IMG/VR virus record: IMGVR_UViG_3300033067_000944
Location: 1-63,122 of that record
Source of the DNA: a virus
Taxonomy: Duplodnaviria > Caudoviricetes
Strand: one strand, 5' to 3'
DNA length: 63,122 nt
This document shows positions 17,858 to 27,344 of this stretch, piece after piece. The translations under genes were made by a program, and so were the position numbers. The notes beneath the pieces were generated by a model. That model worked only from the letters and a program-made list of their open reading frames with translations. It was not told where the DNA came from and did no database searches. Each line of letters opens with the position of its first letter. The stretch's first letter is position 1.

Positions 17858-20800
17858 GGCGCGGACCTTTCTTTTCGTCTAGCTGCACTCTGTTTCTGAA
17901 TACTCTTCAGCAAAGCCATGAGTTGCAGCGTTGCTGGGTCCATTGTAGCGGCGTTCTCGGGAGAAACATACAAACTTTCGTGACGACCTACCCCCGGCTG
18001 CCCGCGTAGCATCTCTTCGATGATCTTTCGGGCGCTAATTTCCTTCTGTTTCTCGACATCTACGTCCGAGGTCCGCACGCCAGTCAACAGGTTGACCGCT
18101 TTTTGCAGGACACTTTTGCGACTGTCAACCAATTGGCCTACCGTACTGACCGCCCGTGCTGCCGGCGAGTTCATCAGCAGTTCATCCATCCAGTACGGCA
18201 CAGACTTCGGGGATTCGAGCAATCCCGTCTGTTCGCCGATGCGTCCCGAACGGGCGTCCAGGTCTTTCAGATCGCGGCCCGTGAAGAACTGCTTGCCGGT
18301 TGCTAGCTCTAGGGCAGTCTTTGGCACGGGATGAAGCTGGCCCAACAGGTCCATACCGGTTTTCTGGATTCCACCGGGACCAGCCGTGGCTAGGTTGTTC
18401 AGAATCTCATGCTGGAATCCAAGGCCGGTCAGGTACTTCTGAATCCCTTCCTTACCACCGGGGATCGGGATCGCCAAGCCACCGCCGATATAATCGGGCG
18501 TGAATCCGCTTTCATCTTTCAAGTCGTTGGTCAGGCGGATCGTCTGGGCAGTACCACCACCCGGATGTTCCATCAGCCGCTTCATTACCAGCGGCGCCGT
18601 CCGCGATGAATACTTGTAGAACGGGAATAGACGGGTCAGATACTTCTTCTCGAATTCGGTATAGGCCCGCGACGAGTAGTCCACGTTCGACGTGATGGCA
18701 CGCTTGGCCGCCTCGGCGGGATCGACACCCTGGAACAGTAGTTCATAGAACGGTTGCAGGCGGTTGCTATTCTCGATGCGCTGGCCTAGTTTCTCGCCAG
18801 CCATGACGGGACCGAACTTACTTTCGGTGCGAATCTCACCAGTCTTGTAGTTCTTCACACCACGCATGTCACGCGGGTTGCGTGTGCTTTCGGGACTGAC
18901 AGTGAAGAAGTCCTTGATGACTTCCGAGAACGGGGCCGGCTTCTCCCGACCGGGAACCGATTTGGTGAAGTTGCCTATGGTATCGGGTGCAAAGTTGGGA
19001 TCGACCGATGCACCCTGCCCCATGTACGGCTTGATGATTTCATGCTGGTACGCGAATTCCTGTGCAATCTTGGTCGCGTTCTCGGGAGTATTGGGCAGCC
19101 CACGGTCGATCAGGGCACGCTTGATAGCCGGTATCTCACCAGCACCGGCCAAGTCTTTCGCTTTGCCGTTAATAAACTGACCAATGGCCCTGGCGTGCGT
19201 CGGGTTGACGCCGCTCTCGTAGAGTTGATTCGTAACTCCGGTCGCCGCATTGCGTCCGTGGAACGCTGCCCAAGGCGTCGTCCACAATCCCTTGACCCAG
19301 TTCGTTTCCGAGTCCACCATTTCTTTGAGCGGATCGAGCACGCTGGATGTGGTCGATGACTTCATGCTCTTGAGCAATTCCTCGGCTACGTTCGCCGGGA
19401 GTCCAGCAGCCGTGATGTCGTTCACGCCATGCTTGGCTAGCATCGCCAAGGCGTTCGGATCGACGGCAGTTCCACCGGGCAGGACGAAGTTGGAACCCTT
19501 GAGGATGTCAGCTATCGGCACGATGCCATCACCACCCACGGGCGCGGCGTGCTGCGCCATGAATTTCAGCATCTCATCGCTGTGGGCGTTGGTCTTGCTT
19601 CGCTTAAGCTGATAGGTCAGGTAGTCGCCGACCGGATCGCCGTAGAACCGCTTGGCGTCACGCTTGCCGAAGTAGTTGGCGAGTTCCTTGGCTTGCTTCT
19701 GCTTCGCCTTGATGCCGGCGATGTGATCCGCCATCTGCTTGCGAACGGCGTCCGGCAAACCCGGATCGCCCATGACCTTGGCGAAGGTATCTTCCTTAAG
19801 CTGCTTCTGGAAGTCGAACGATTTCAATACATCATTATTCGACACGCCAAGATAATTATTCAGGACATGCCGAGCGGCTTGCAGCGGTTTGGTCGTGCGT
19901 CCAGCCACTACGTTCGGGTCGGTCGCTAATGCCTCGATGGCGCTGCGACCCTCGGGGATATCCAAGAACGCCTTGCGTCCCTTGCCAAACGTGGTATCGA
20001 ACAGCAACCCACCGGGCCGGCTCGCACTGGGACCACCAGCCGCGTTCGCAAACCGTGCCGAGTATTGGCCGGTATGCTCGCTGCTGAGTTCCTGCACATA
20101 GTTGCCCATGTCCACGCTACGCTGCCGTGTGGCCGCCTGATGCGATTGCATGTCGGTGACGACACTTTGTAGCTCTTGCTGTACGTTCGGCGGCAGAGAG
20201 GCTAATTCGGCGGCTGCGGCGGCACTGTGCTTGCCAACCGTGGGGTCAATGACACCACCCGGCACTTCCACCATGCGGTCGAGAATCCGAGTCAACTGGT
20301 CGGGCGGCAGCCCTAAGGCGGCGAGGCGATGCTGTACATCGAATGCCTTGCCGAGCACGTCTGCCCTGCCGATGTTCTCTGCTTGTCGGGCTGCGGCAGC
20401 ACCCTCTTGGCCGGCGCGGGTAAAGCGTCCGCCAGCATCAGGGCTGAATCCCATTGCCAAGGCGCGCCCAACAGGCGACCAGCGAGCGGCTGAACCAATC
20501 GCGTCCATCCCGCCAGCGATCTTCTGAGATAAGGCGCCTTTACCTAAGGTGAATGCCGGGTCTTTGAATGGCAGGCCGATACCGACCAATCCGCCCAGCT
20601 TGTCGCCGCTGAGTTCGGAGAGTTTTGCCGCACCGCCAACTAAGTCCTCGGCTTTCGTGACCGCCTCGGGTCCGGCGTGCGTGAGCAAGTCGCCCAGGTT
20701 CGTGGTCATGCGTGCCACACGCTTGCCGACTGTTTTACCGGCAGCCTGTGACGCTACTTTCGAGGCATCGCCCAACAGTCCAAGTTTCTTGGCGAGTTGT

Positions 20801-21168
20801 CCGGCTTTACTGACTGCCGAACCTCCCAGGGTCATATACGTGAGCGGGTCGCCCAGCACTTCGGCGGCGAATCCCATCAGATCGTCGCTGATGCCGGGAT
20901 GATTGATACCCTTGCCGTTAATCAGGTCGGTTCCGCTGGTCCGTTCCGAGGGGTTGAACACACCGGGTAGCGGGTTCTTGCCCTGTAGGGCATCCCACGT
21001 TGCGCCACGGACCGTATCAAGCACGTTACCGACCGCACTGGCAGCACCCAGGGACTTGTTGGCAATGCCACGGAGAAGCGAATCCTGTTCGTCTGGTGAC
21101 AGATCAGGAAGCGTGGCAGTTTTCTGCTTCTTGGGTCGGCTTGTGCCGAATACGTCAATCAGCGGCAT
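17854..21168 (-). CDS. Large DNA ejection / internal virion protein
   Basis: 1104 aa; DPLTY motif; C-terminal VDYS...FEKKYLTRLFPFY; position after the tail genes. Confidence 0.7.
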   Translation of the reverse strand: MPLIDVFGTSRPKKQKTATLPDLSPDEQDSLLRGIANKSLGAASAVGNVLDTVRGATWDALQGKNPLPGVFNPSERTSGTDLINGKGINHPGISDDLMGFAAEVLGDPLTYMTLGGSAVSKAGQLAKKLGLLGDASKVASQAAGKTVGKRVARMTTNLGDLLTHAGPEAVTKAEDLVGGAAKLSELSGDKLGGLVGIGLPFKDPAFTLGKGALSQKIAGGMDAIGSAARWSPVGRALAMGFSPDAGGRFTRAGQEGAAAARQAENIGRADVLGKAFDVQHRLAALGLPPDQLTRILDRMVEVPGGVIDPTVGKHSAAAAAELASLPPNVQQELQSVVTDMQSHQAATRQRSVDMGNYVQELSSEHTGQYSARFANAAGGPSASRPGGLLFDTTFGKGRKAFLDIPEGRSAIEALATDPNVVAGRTTKPLQAARHVLNNYLGVSNNDVLKSFDFQKQLKEDTFAKVMGDPGLPDAVRKQMADHIAGIKAKQKQAKELANYFGKRDAKRFYGDPVGDYLTYQLKRSKTNAHSDEMLKFMAQHAAPVGGDGIVPIADILKGSNFVLPGGTAVDPNALAMLAKHGVNDITAAGLPANVAEELLKSMKSSTTSSVLDPLKEMVDSETNWVKGLWTTPWAAFHGRNAATGVTNQLYESGVNPTHARAIGQFINGKAKDLAGAGEIPAIKRALIDRGLPNTPENATKIAQEFAYQHEIIKPYMGQGASVDPNFAPDTIGNFTKSVPGREKPAPFSEVIKDFFTVSPESTRNPRDMRGVKNYKTGEIRTESKFGPVMAGEKLGQRIENSNRLQPFYELLFQGVDPAEAAKRAITSNVDYSSRAYTEFEKKYLTRLFPFYKYSSRTAPLVMKRLMEHPGGGTAQTIRLTNDLKDESGFTPDYIGGGLAIPIPGGKEGIQKYLTGLGFQHEILNNLATAGPGGIQKTGMDLLGQLHPVPKTALELATGKQFFTGRDLKDLDARSGRIGEQTGLLESPKSVPYWMDELLMNSPAARAVSTVGQLVDSRKSVLQKAVNLLTGVRTSDVDVEKQKEISARKIIEEMLRGQPGVGRHESLYVSPENAATMDPATLQLMALLKSIQKQSAARRKERSAP

Positions 21169-23447
21169 TATTTAGCCCACGGATGAATAAGACTGGGAGA
21201 AATCATCGAGCCAATGCCGCGAACGATTCCGCGTCCTGCTACGTTTGCATCCCACCATTCGGCGGCGTGCTTGGGGTCAATTCCGCTTCCGCTATTGGCG
21301 ACGTGTTGCAAGAACGATTCTTTGGAGTCCGGTCCCCATTCCATGTTCGGCCCGTTGTCATAGAGGTTCTTGAGTTCGGCACGGGTATGCGGACCCAAGA
21401 TTCCGCCCTTGATTTCTTGACCGCGCAGGTACTCGGACATAACCGGACCTTCGATTCCTGCCGCACTTCCCGGCAGCAAATTTCCCTTCTTCGCTTCATC
21501 TTGAATAAACGCCATCTTTCCTTCCGGCGTGTCACCCTTGCCGGCAGCGATTTTAGCTTGTGCAATCGCTTCTTCCGACTTAGCTTGTTGGATAGCAGCG
21601 TATGCCGCAGGATGATTCGTCATCATCCACTGTTCAGCCTGTTTGTCGGCTGCTTGCTGTTGGGCTGCGGAGCGACTAGCGAGCGTAGCTTGCCGGGCGG
21701 CTTCACGGGCTGCTTGGTTTGATCCCGCTTGCGCCCATGCCTTCTGCTTGGCATCCTCGGCATTCAAGCTGAGTCCCGCCTTGCGATTGCCGGGGTCGGT
21801 GTACTTCTGGTTGACCGCTGCAATCTGTGTCGGCATGTCCGCAGACATGCGTTGCTCTTGCGTCATGTTCGCACCCTTGCGAGCCATGTTCAGATAATCC
21901 TGATACCACGGCTGGTCACGGAGCGAACCACTGTGCACAATGCCGGTCTGAGGGTGCAGTTCGGCAGCCGTAGCGATAGCAGAACGCAAGTCCCTGGCTC
22001 CTAGTCCGGCGCCGGGAGCGCCAACGCGCGGGAACACATTCTGATCCGCGCCGCGCAGTTCGTACCCAGACTTCGGCGGCGCATCACCCATCGACGGCCC
22101 TAGATCGAGCGGGTAATCCTTGGTTGCTGCCGTCACGGCAGGCTTTCGGACGCCTATTCCCGGCATCTTCCAGTCGGTTCCATTCGCCGCATCCTCGGCT
22201 GGATCGCCCGGAGTTGCTTCGTCGCCGGGAGTCGCATCGACGGAGCCAGCTAAGTAGCCTGCTGCGCGTAAGCCGGCTGCACCTGCCGCAGCACGGACGC
22301 CACTGGGGATGTCCACTCCCAATACTCCCGTTGCTGGCTTCGGCCCCCTGGCGGTGAGTCGCGGCTGCCCAGGTCCACCAGCGTTGATGACTGGTCCCGT
22401 GCCAACCGTGCTAGCCGAATCCGCACCTTCACGTTTCAGCCGTTCCGCTGCTTGCTCGACGGTTTCCTGTGCCGTGCCGAATGCTTGCTGTCCGGCTTTG
22501 TTCGACGCCACACGAGCTTGACCATGACCACCAGCCGTAATCGTTGGCCCTGAACCCACGGAGCGAGTAGCCGCTTCCTCGATGCCCCGCAGCCGATCCG
22601 CATTGGTCGGCATCGGAGGCAGTTCTCCAGCGCTGTCGAGCAACTTCTGCCGGCCACGACCGGGCATACCCTGTCGCTGTAAAGGTATCGCTGATCGTGG
22701 CCCACCATTGGGGCTAGGAACAGGTGCGTACCCACCAAGCCCTAGTCGTTCGAGTGCATCATTCATAAACTGTCGTGCGCCTGGACCGTACTTGGGCACG
22801 CTATCAGCGGCAAGCGGCAAGGCCGCTTCTGCCGAGTGGTCCGCCAATGCCATCACGCCATTCGGTCTCACAGCCGGCAGTGCAGCGTTACCAGCGGCAT
22901 CACTAGCGGCAATCGCCGCACGCAATCCACCTGGAACACGTTCAGCAGCCGGCAATGCGCGGGCGACATCGGGAGCAACTTGTCGCACCGATGTTTTCCC
23001 AGCAGCCTTACCTACGGTTGCAATCGCATCTCCCGCCTTGGCTGCCTTCGCTGCCGCAGCCGCACCTTTCACCCCTTTGGTAGCTCCAATCGCACCGCGC
23101 ACGCCTCGGCCAAGCATTCCGGCACCCTTGCCAAGAGCACCAACACCCTTAGCTGCTAATCCCAGTCCGCCCAGGTAGCTCAATGGATCGGTTGCGATCT
23201 CGCCCGCGACACCGGCGACATCGCCCATGTCGAGTCCCGGCGTATTGGCGCCGAGAACGCCGTACTGTTGGAGTAAGTCTCGGCCAGATGGCGCAGCCGG
23301 ATTGTCCACCACTTCGCTATTGCTAAAGTCGGTCAGTCCAGCCAGCGGGTTCTGACCGCCGAGCGTATTGCGAACCACGCGGGCCGGCTTGTCTGCCACC
23401 CCGGCGCCGTACTGAATCTTATGGAGAAGATCGCCGATTACCGACAT
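21168..23447 (-). CDS. Ejection / internal virion protein
   Basis: A/G-rich; N-terminus resembles that of the 1104-aa neighbour. Confidence 0.65.
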   Translation of the reverse strand: MSVIGDLLHKIQYGAGVADKPARVVRNTLGGQNPLAGLTDFSNSEVVDNPAAPSGRDLLQQYGVLGANTPGLDMGDVAGVAGEIATDPLSYLGGLGLAAKGVGALGKGAGMLGRGVRGAIGATKGVKGAAAAAKAAKAGDAIATVGKAAGKTSVRQVAPDVARALPAAERVPGGLRAAIAASDAAGNAALPAVRPNGVMALADHSAEAALPLAADSVPKYGPGARQFMNDALERLGLGGYAPVPSPNGGPRSAIPLQRQGMPGRGRQKLLDSAGELPPMPTNADRLRGIEEAATRSVGSGPTITAGGHGQARVASNKAGQQAFGTAQETVEQAAERLKREGADSASTVGTGPVINAGGPGQPRLTARGPKPATGVLGVDIPSGVRAAAGAAGLRAAGYLAGSVDATPGDEATPGDPAEDAANGTDWKMPGIGVRKPAVTAATKDYPLDLGPSMGDAPPKSGYELRGADQNVFPRVGAPGAGLGARDLRSAIATAAELHPQTGIVHSGSLRDQPWYQDYLNMARKGANMTQEQRMSADMPTQIAAVNQKYTDPGNRKAGLSLNAEDAKQKAWAQAGSNQAAREAARQATLASRSAAQQQAADKQAEQWMMTNHPAAYAAIQQAKSEEAIAQAKIAAGKGDTPEGKMAFIQDEAKKGNLLPGSAAGIEGPVMSEYLRGQEIKGGILGPHTRAELKNLYDNGPNMEWGPDSKESFLQHVANSGSGIDPKHAAEWWDANVAGRGIVRGIGSMISPSLIHPWAK

Positions 23448-24193
23448 TATAAACCCCCCAAGAGTGAACCGCTGCTGCCACCGTTGCCACCGAGCGAACC
23501 ACCCAGCAGCGACGAAATCAGATTCAGTAGCGAACTGTTTTGTGCCGTATTGAAACCCATGTTCGACGAATTGAATTGCGATAGGACGTTCGCCAGTCCC
23601 AAACCTTCGGCGTCTCGTCCCGTCTGGCCGCGAAGGATGCTTTGGGCGTTCGTGGTCGCGTCACCGAACGGTATCTGTTGGGCCGCTAATTGCCCCTGGC
23701 TGAGATACTGTTGGGCCTGCGGAATCGCCAATGCCATCTGCGATGCCGAGCGAGACACACCCGGCTTATCGTAAGGCTTCTGTAGCCAGCGCAGGTTGGC
23801 ATTCATCTGCGAATCGGCAATGGCTTGGTTCGTGGCCGCACGGGTATCCTGTGGCTGATAGACGGTCTGCGGTGTGATCGTGGTCTGGATGTTCGGCGAC
23901 GTGTCGCCAGCCGGCAGCGGAGCGGGAGTCGGAATCGGGCTAGACGGCTGCGACCAGTTTCCAAAGCTGCCGGCACCGACTGATTTCTTCTGCTGCAATC
24001 CCTGCCCCACCGTGTAGTCGTTGCTGAGTTGTTGCGGCTGCGGATATGGATTAGGCAGTACATTCCGCTGATCGCCGTAGCCTTGACCGAAGAGTGGCCC
24101 ACCCTGCGCGTAGGGATTCTTGTAGATGTTCGGTCCATCGGACCAGCCGACACCGTTACCGAATCCTGCATCGCTACTAAAGCCCATGCCCAT
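23447..24193 (-). CDS. Pilot/ejection protein, paralog A
   Basis: G/Q/N-rich; shared N-terminal GFGNGVGWSDGPN block. Confidence 0.65.
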   Translation of the reverse strand: MGMGFSSDAGFGNGVGWSDGPNIYKNPYAQGGPLFGQGYGDQRNVLPNPYPQPQQLSNDYTVGQGLQQKKSVGAGSFGNWSQPSSPIPTPAPLPAGDTSPNIQTTITPQTVYQPQDTRAATNQAIADSQMNANLRWLQKPYDKPGVSRSASQMALAIPQAQQYLSQGQLAAQQIPFGDATTNAQSILRGQTGRDAEGLGLANVLSQFNSSNMGFNTAQNSSLLNLISSLLGGSLGGNGGSSGSLLGGL

Positions 24194-24870
24194 TATAAAC
24201 TCCCCAGCAAGGAACTAATGATTCCCATGATATTGCCGTTCATCGCAGCCTGATTCGTCAAGTTGGTCGCGTTGATTCCCGCCAGCCAGTTGCCGCCCTG
24301 GACGCCAGAATTCGCCCGTGCGCTTTGGCTGTTATAAAGCTGATCGGCATTGGTCTTTTCGCCGGCACGCATGAATGCCAAAGCATCCGTAGAACCGTTG
24401 CCGCGCGCCAGATCGCTCGCCAATCGTTGCGAGTCGCCAGCCATTCCGACACCCGACACACTGGTCGGCATCGAGAACCGCTGATTCGCAATTGCGTTCG
24501 ACGCGGCAGTCATTTGTGGCTGACCCCAGACGGGTCCGGCTTCGATCCCGCTGGTGTACTGCGGCAAGGCTTGTTGCGTTGGCTGCGTTTGGTTCTGAAT
24601 CCCTGGAAGCTGACCCATCGCAGCCTGAATCGCACGACCAGCAGCCCGCATATCGCCGGGAGCAGATGTAGCATTGGCCGGCTGCACCGGATCAATCGGA
24701 GCGGCATTCCAGTTCTGCGGTTGCGGCGTAGGATTCGGCAGCACGTTCCGATGGTCGCCGTACCCCTGCCCGAACAAGGCACCGCCTTGCGCGTACGGGT
24801 TCTTAAAACTGTTCGGGCCGTCCGACCAGCCTACGCCGTTGCCAAAACCGAGATCGCTATTCATCGCCAT
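24193..24870 (-). CDS. Pilot/ejection protein, paralog B
   Basis: Start MAMNSD; same N-terminal block. Confidence 0.65.
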   Translation of the reverse strand: MAMNSDLGFGNGVGWSDGPNSFKNPYAQGGALFGQGYGDHRNVLPNPTPQPQNWNAAPIDPVQPANATSAPGDMRAAGRAIQAAMGQLPGIQNQTQPTQQALPQYTSGIEAGPVWGQPQMTAASNAIANQRFSMPTSVSGVGMAGDSQRLASDLARGNGSTDALAFMRAGEKTNADQLYNSQSARANSGVQGGNWLAGINATNLTNQAAMNGNIMGIISSLLGSL

Positions 24871-24871
24871 G

Positions 24872-25381
24872 TTAGACGTTTCCCATAGAACGTGGTGTCT
24901 GCGGAGTCGCCGCACCGTTCAATGCCGCACCCTGCCCGAAGTTGGTGGTGAACCCTTGCAGTCCGGCACCGCCACCACCGACGCCACGATTGCCGATCAA
25001 GGCGGTAATCAGCGGCATCAGCGAGGAAATCTGCTGCACGCGGGCGTTGCCCAACTGCTGCATGGCATCTGTCTGCCGGTTCGTTACGCCAGCGTTCGTG
25101 TTGGCGATATTCTGATCGGCGTTCGACCGGATGTTCGCCTGCGTCATCTGCGCTTCTGGCTGGTACTGAGCCTGCCGATTTTGCGAGTTCAGTAGATTCG
25201 CAAACCCAAACGAGTTTCCGATGGTGTTGCCGAGATTCCCCATCGTGCCCATGCCCTGCGACACCGCGTTCATCGGGTCGAGGTAATCAAAACCGCCGCC
25301 CGCTTGGTTTCCATGCTGCTGGGTTGGATCAAACCAACTGCCATTGTTCGACCAATAACCTTGTTGAATTGCCATGTTCAC
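24872..25381 (-). CDS. Pilot/ejection-like protein
   Basis: Q/N/G-rich with a hydrophobic C-terminal helix. Confidence 0.6.
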   Translation of the reverse strand: MNMAIQQGYWSNNGSWFDPTQQHGNQAGGGFDYLDPMNAVSQGMGTMGNLGNTIGNSFGFANLLNSQNRQAQYQPEAQMTQANIRSNADQNIANTNAGVTNRQTDAMQQLGNARVQQISSLMPLITALIGNRGVGGGGAGLQGFTTNFGQGAALNGAATPQTPRSMGNV

Positions 25382-25836
25382 TCTTCTCCTTCAATACGGA
25401 TGGTGCAGTTAGCTGTGGCCCCGCATGTGACGCGCACAGCGAGAAAACTACCACCCTTGACGTACATCGGGTTTGATTCGCTGTACAGAAACGTCGTGGA
25501 ACCTTGGACCGAGTTGCAATAACTCACGTCGATAGGCGTAAGGACAGTCGGTTCGACCGTGAACGAGTGCGTGCTAGTAGTCTGCAAGGTTTCTGAATCA
25601 GTTTCGTTGCGTTTCGTAACCGTGCCGGGAGTAGATGTTCCGGTACTAGTGCCGTCCTTGCGACAGACTTCCACCTTGGAATTTGCGGTTCCGGCTGCGG
25701 CACCGTACACTGTTACCTCGATGCGATTGATGCGCACGCGGGTATTCGTCGCGGCGACAACTTCCATGACCGTCACAACGGACGATCCGGTCCACGCGAT
25801 AGCAGCCTGTTGCGTGACAAAATTGATTCCGGCCAT
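25378..25836 (-). CDS. Virion structural protein
   Basis: Beta-rich, T-rich; coupled to the tail fiber gene. Confidence 0.6.
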   Translation of the reverse strand: MAGINFVTQQAAIAWTGSSVVTVMEVVAATNTRVRINRIEVTVYGAAAGTANSKVEVCRKDGTSTGTSTPGTVTKRNETDSETLQTTSTHSFTVEPTVLTPIDVSYCNSVQGSTTFLYSESNPMYVKGGSFLAVRVTCGATANCTIRIEGEE

Positions 25837-27344
25837 TACTCGAACCTTTCAATGAGATAGCACCCGATAACGGGCTGAATATGATTGACTGTGCTGGGAT
25901 TCGGCACCGTATGATGATGCCCGCTGGCGGTAATCGTCAGCCCCGTAATCGTGTGCGTGTGGCTACCGTCGCCCGATAGTTCTGGCGTGAAACCTGGAAT
26001 CGTGGCCGTGCCATTGGTAACTAAGATGCCTTCGATCAGGTCCGAGATTGGAACCGAGTGGTAATGCGTCTCTGGACTCACACCGAACGTCAGGCTCGAC
26101 AGGTCAATGGAATGCTTATGCCGTGGGTCGTTTACCTTGTGCGTCAGGTCAGGAATCTTGTGGTCGTGCTCACCAATTACGACGGACATGTTTTCGAGAG
26201 AATGATTGTGTCCCGTCGAATCGCTAATTGTGACCGTGACACCGCTAAACGTGTGAACGTGGCCGGGGTCCGTTATCGCGTGTGACCCAGCACTGGTTGC
26301 ACCCGTGGTGGTGTTGACGATATCTGCGAAATTGGCACCACCCGGAGCGGGTGCAACATAATTCTGGTAATGTGTGCTAATCGTGTGGGTATGTGCGTCG
26401 TGCGCGGCAATCGCAATTCCAGTTGTGGCCGATGCCGTTGTCCCGCTGGCGGTTCCAGAAATCGCCGTGATATAGGCTTGTCCTAATGTCCCACTGACCG
26501 AACCGACGAGTTGTGCCTTCTCTGTTTTCTGCCCCGTATGCGGATCGACAGTAATCATCGTGTAGGCGGGCTGCGTTTCCAGTTCCGAGCCGGCGCCGGT
26601 TCCAGTCAACGTCACGGGCGTTGTGTCAACATATCCGCCACCCCACAATTGCATTCCGGTGATGGAAATCTCACGCGATGGAACCTGAGAGAACGTCAAG
26701 CCCACCGTCGCCGGGTCAATCGTGGCCGAGGCCGATCCAATCGTGACGCTCGAATCGCCCGTATCGGAAATCGTGTGCGTATGCTCGTAGGTTCCGTTTG
26801 TGTCATAGGGGTTTGTCGTGCCGCTATTGCCGCCAACGTGAATGGGAATCCGGCCAGCCGCGCCAGTGACGATCCGCCAGCCGCCACGGATGTTCGCGGA
26901 CGAGCCGTACCACATTTTGCTGATGCCAATCGCATCGTCCATATAAGACGACAGGCAAAAGTAGTCCGCGTTATTGTCGAGTCCAGCCACAATCACATCG
27001 CCGGCACGCACGTTCGGATCGCCCATGCCACCGCAGCGCGGCAGATAAACCTTGATCGTCTGCGTGACACCGTTCTTCGGAATGACGTAGCTATTGCCAG
27101 TCCGGTCGGTGACTTGCTGGCAGAGCACGTAGGAATCGTTGCCGCTCGCATTCGTCCAAAGCGAAGTCGCCTTGACCCATTGCCCGGTTCCGCTGATGCC
27201 AGCCGTGAAGTTGACCGGCCCGTTGTGCGTTAGCTGCTGGGCGCAGTTGCCGAACGTCTGTTGCAACGTGTCGATCAGGATGTCAGGAATTCCCTGCACC
27301 CCGTAGAGGTCGCCCAGAGCTTTGACTTGTGCCGTAAATACCAT
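25836..27344 (-). CDS. Tail fiber with HxH repeats
   Basis: HTH/HNH/HDH repeats, ITDPGHVH, C-terminal NHIQPV; TAATG coupling gives a start at 27344. Confidence 0.75.
   Translation of the reverse strand: MVFTAQVKALGDLYGVQGIPDILIDTLQQTFGNCAQQLTHNGPVNFTAGISGTGQWVKATSLWTNASGNDSYVLCQQVTDRTGNSYVIPKNGVTQTIKVYLPRCGGMGDPNVRAGDVIVAGLDNNADYFCLSSYMDDAIGISKMWYGSSANIRGGWRIVTGAAGRIPIHVGGNSGTTNPYDTNGTYEHTHTISDTGDSSVTIGSASATIDPATVGLTFSQVPSREISITGMQLWGGGYVDTTPVTLTGTGAGSELETQPAYTMITVDPHTGQKTEKAQLVGSVSGTLGQAYITAISGTASGTTASATTGIAIAAHDAHTHTISTHYQNYVAPAPGGANFADIVNTTTGATSAGSHAITDPGHVHTFSGVTVTISDSTGHNHSLENMSVVIGEHDHKIPDLTHKVNDPRHKHSIDLSSLTFGVSPETHYHSVPISDLIEGILVTNGTATIPGFTPELSGDGSHTHTITGLTITASGHHHTVPNPSTVNHIQPVIGCYLIERFE

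Noticed and set aside
24050-24860. Repeat pair as a diversity-generating retroelement TR/VR
   Set aside because: No reverse transcriptase is present; differences are mostly synonymous rather than adenine-specific, and both copies are coding N-termini
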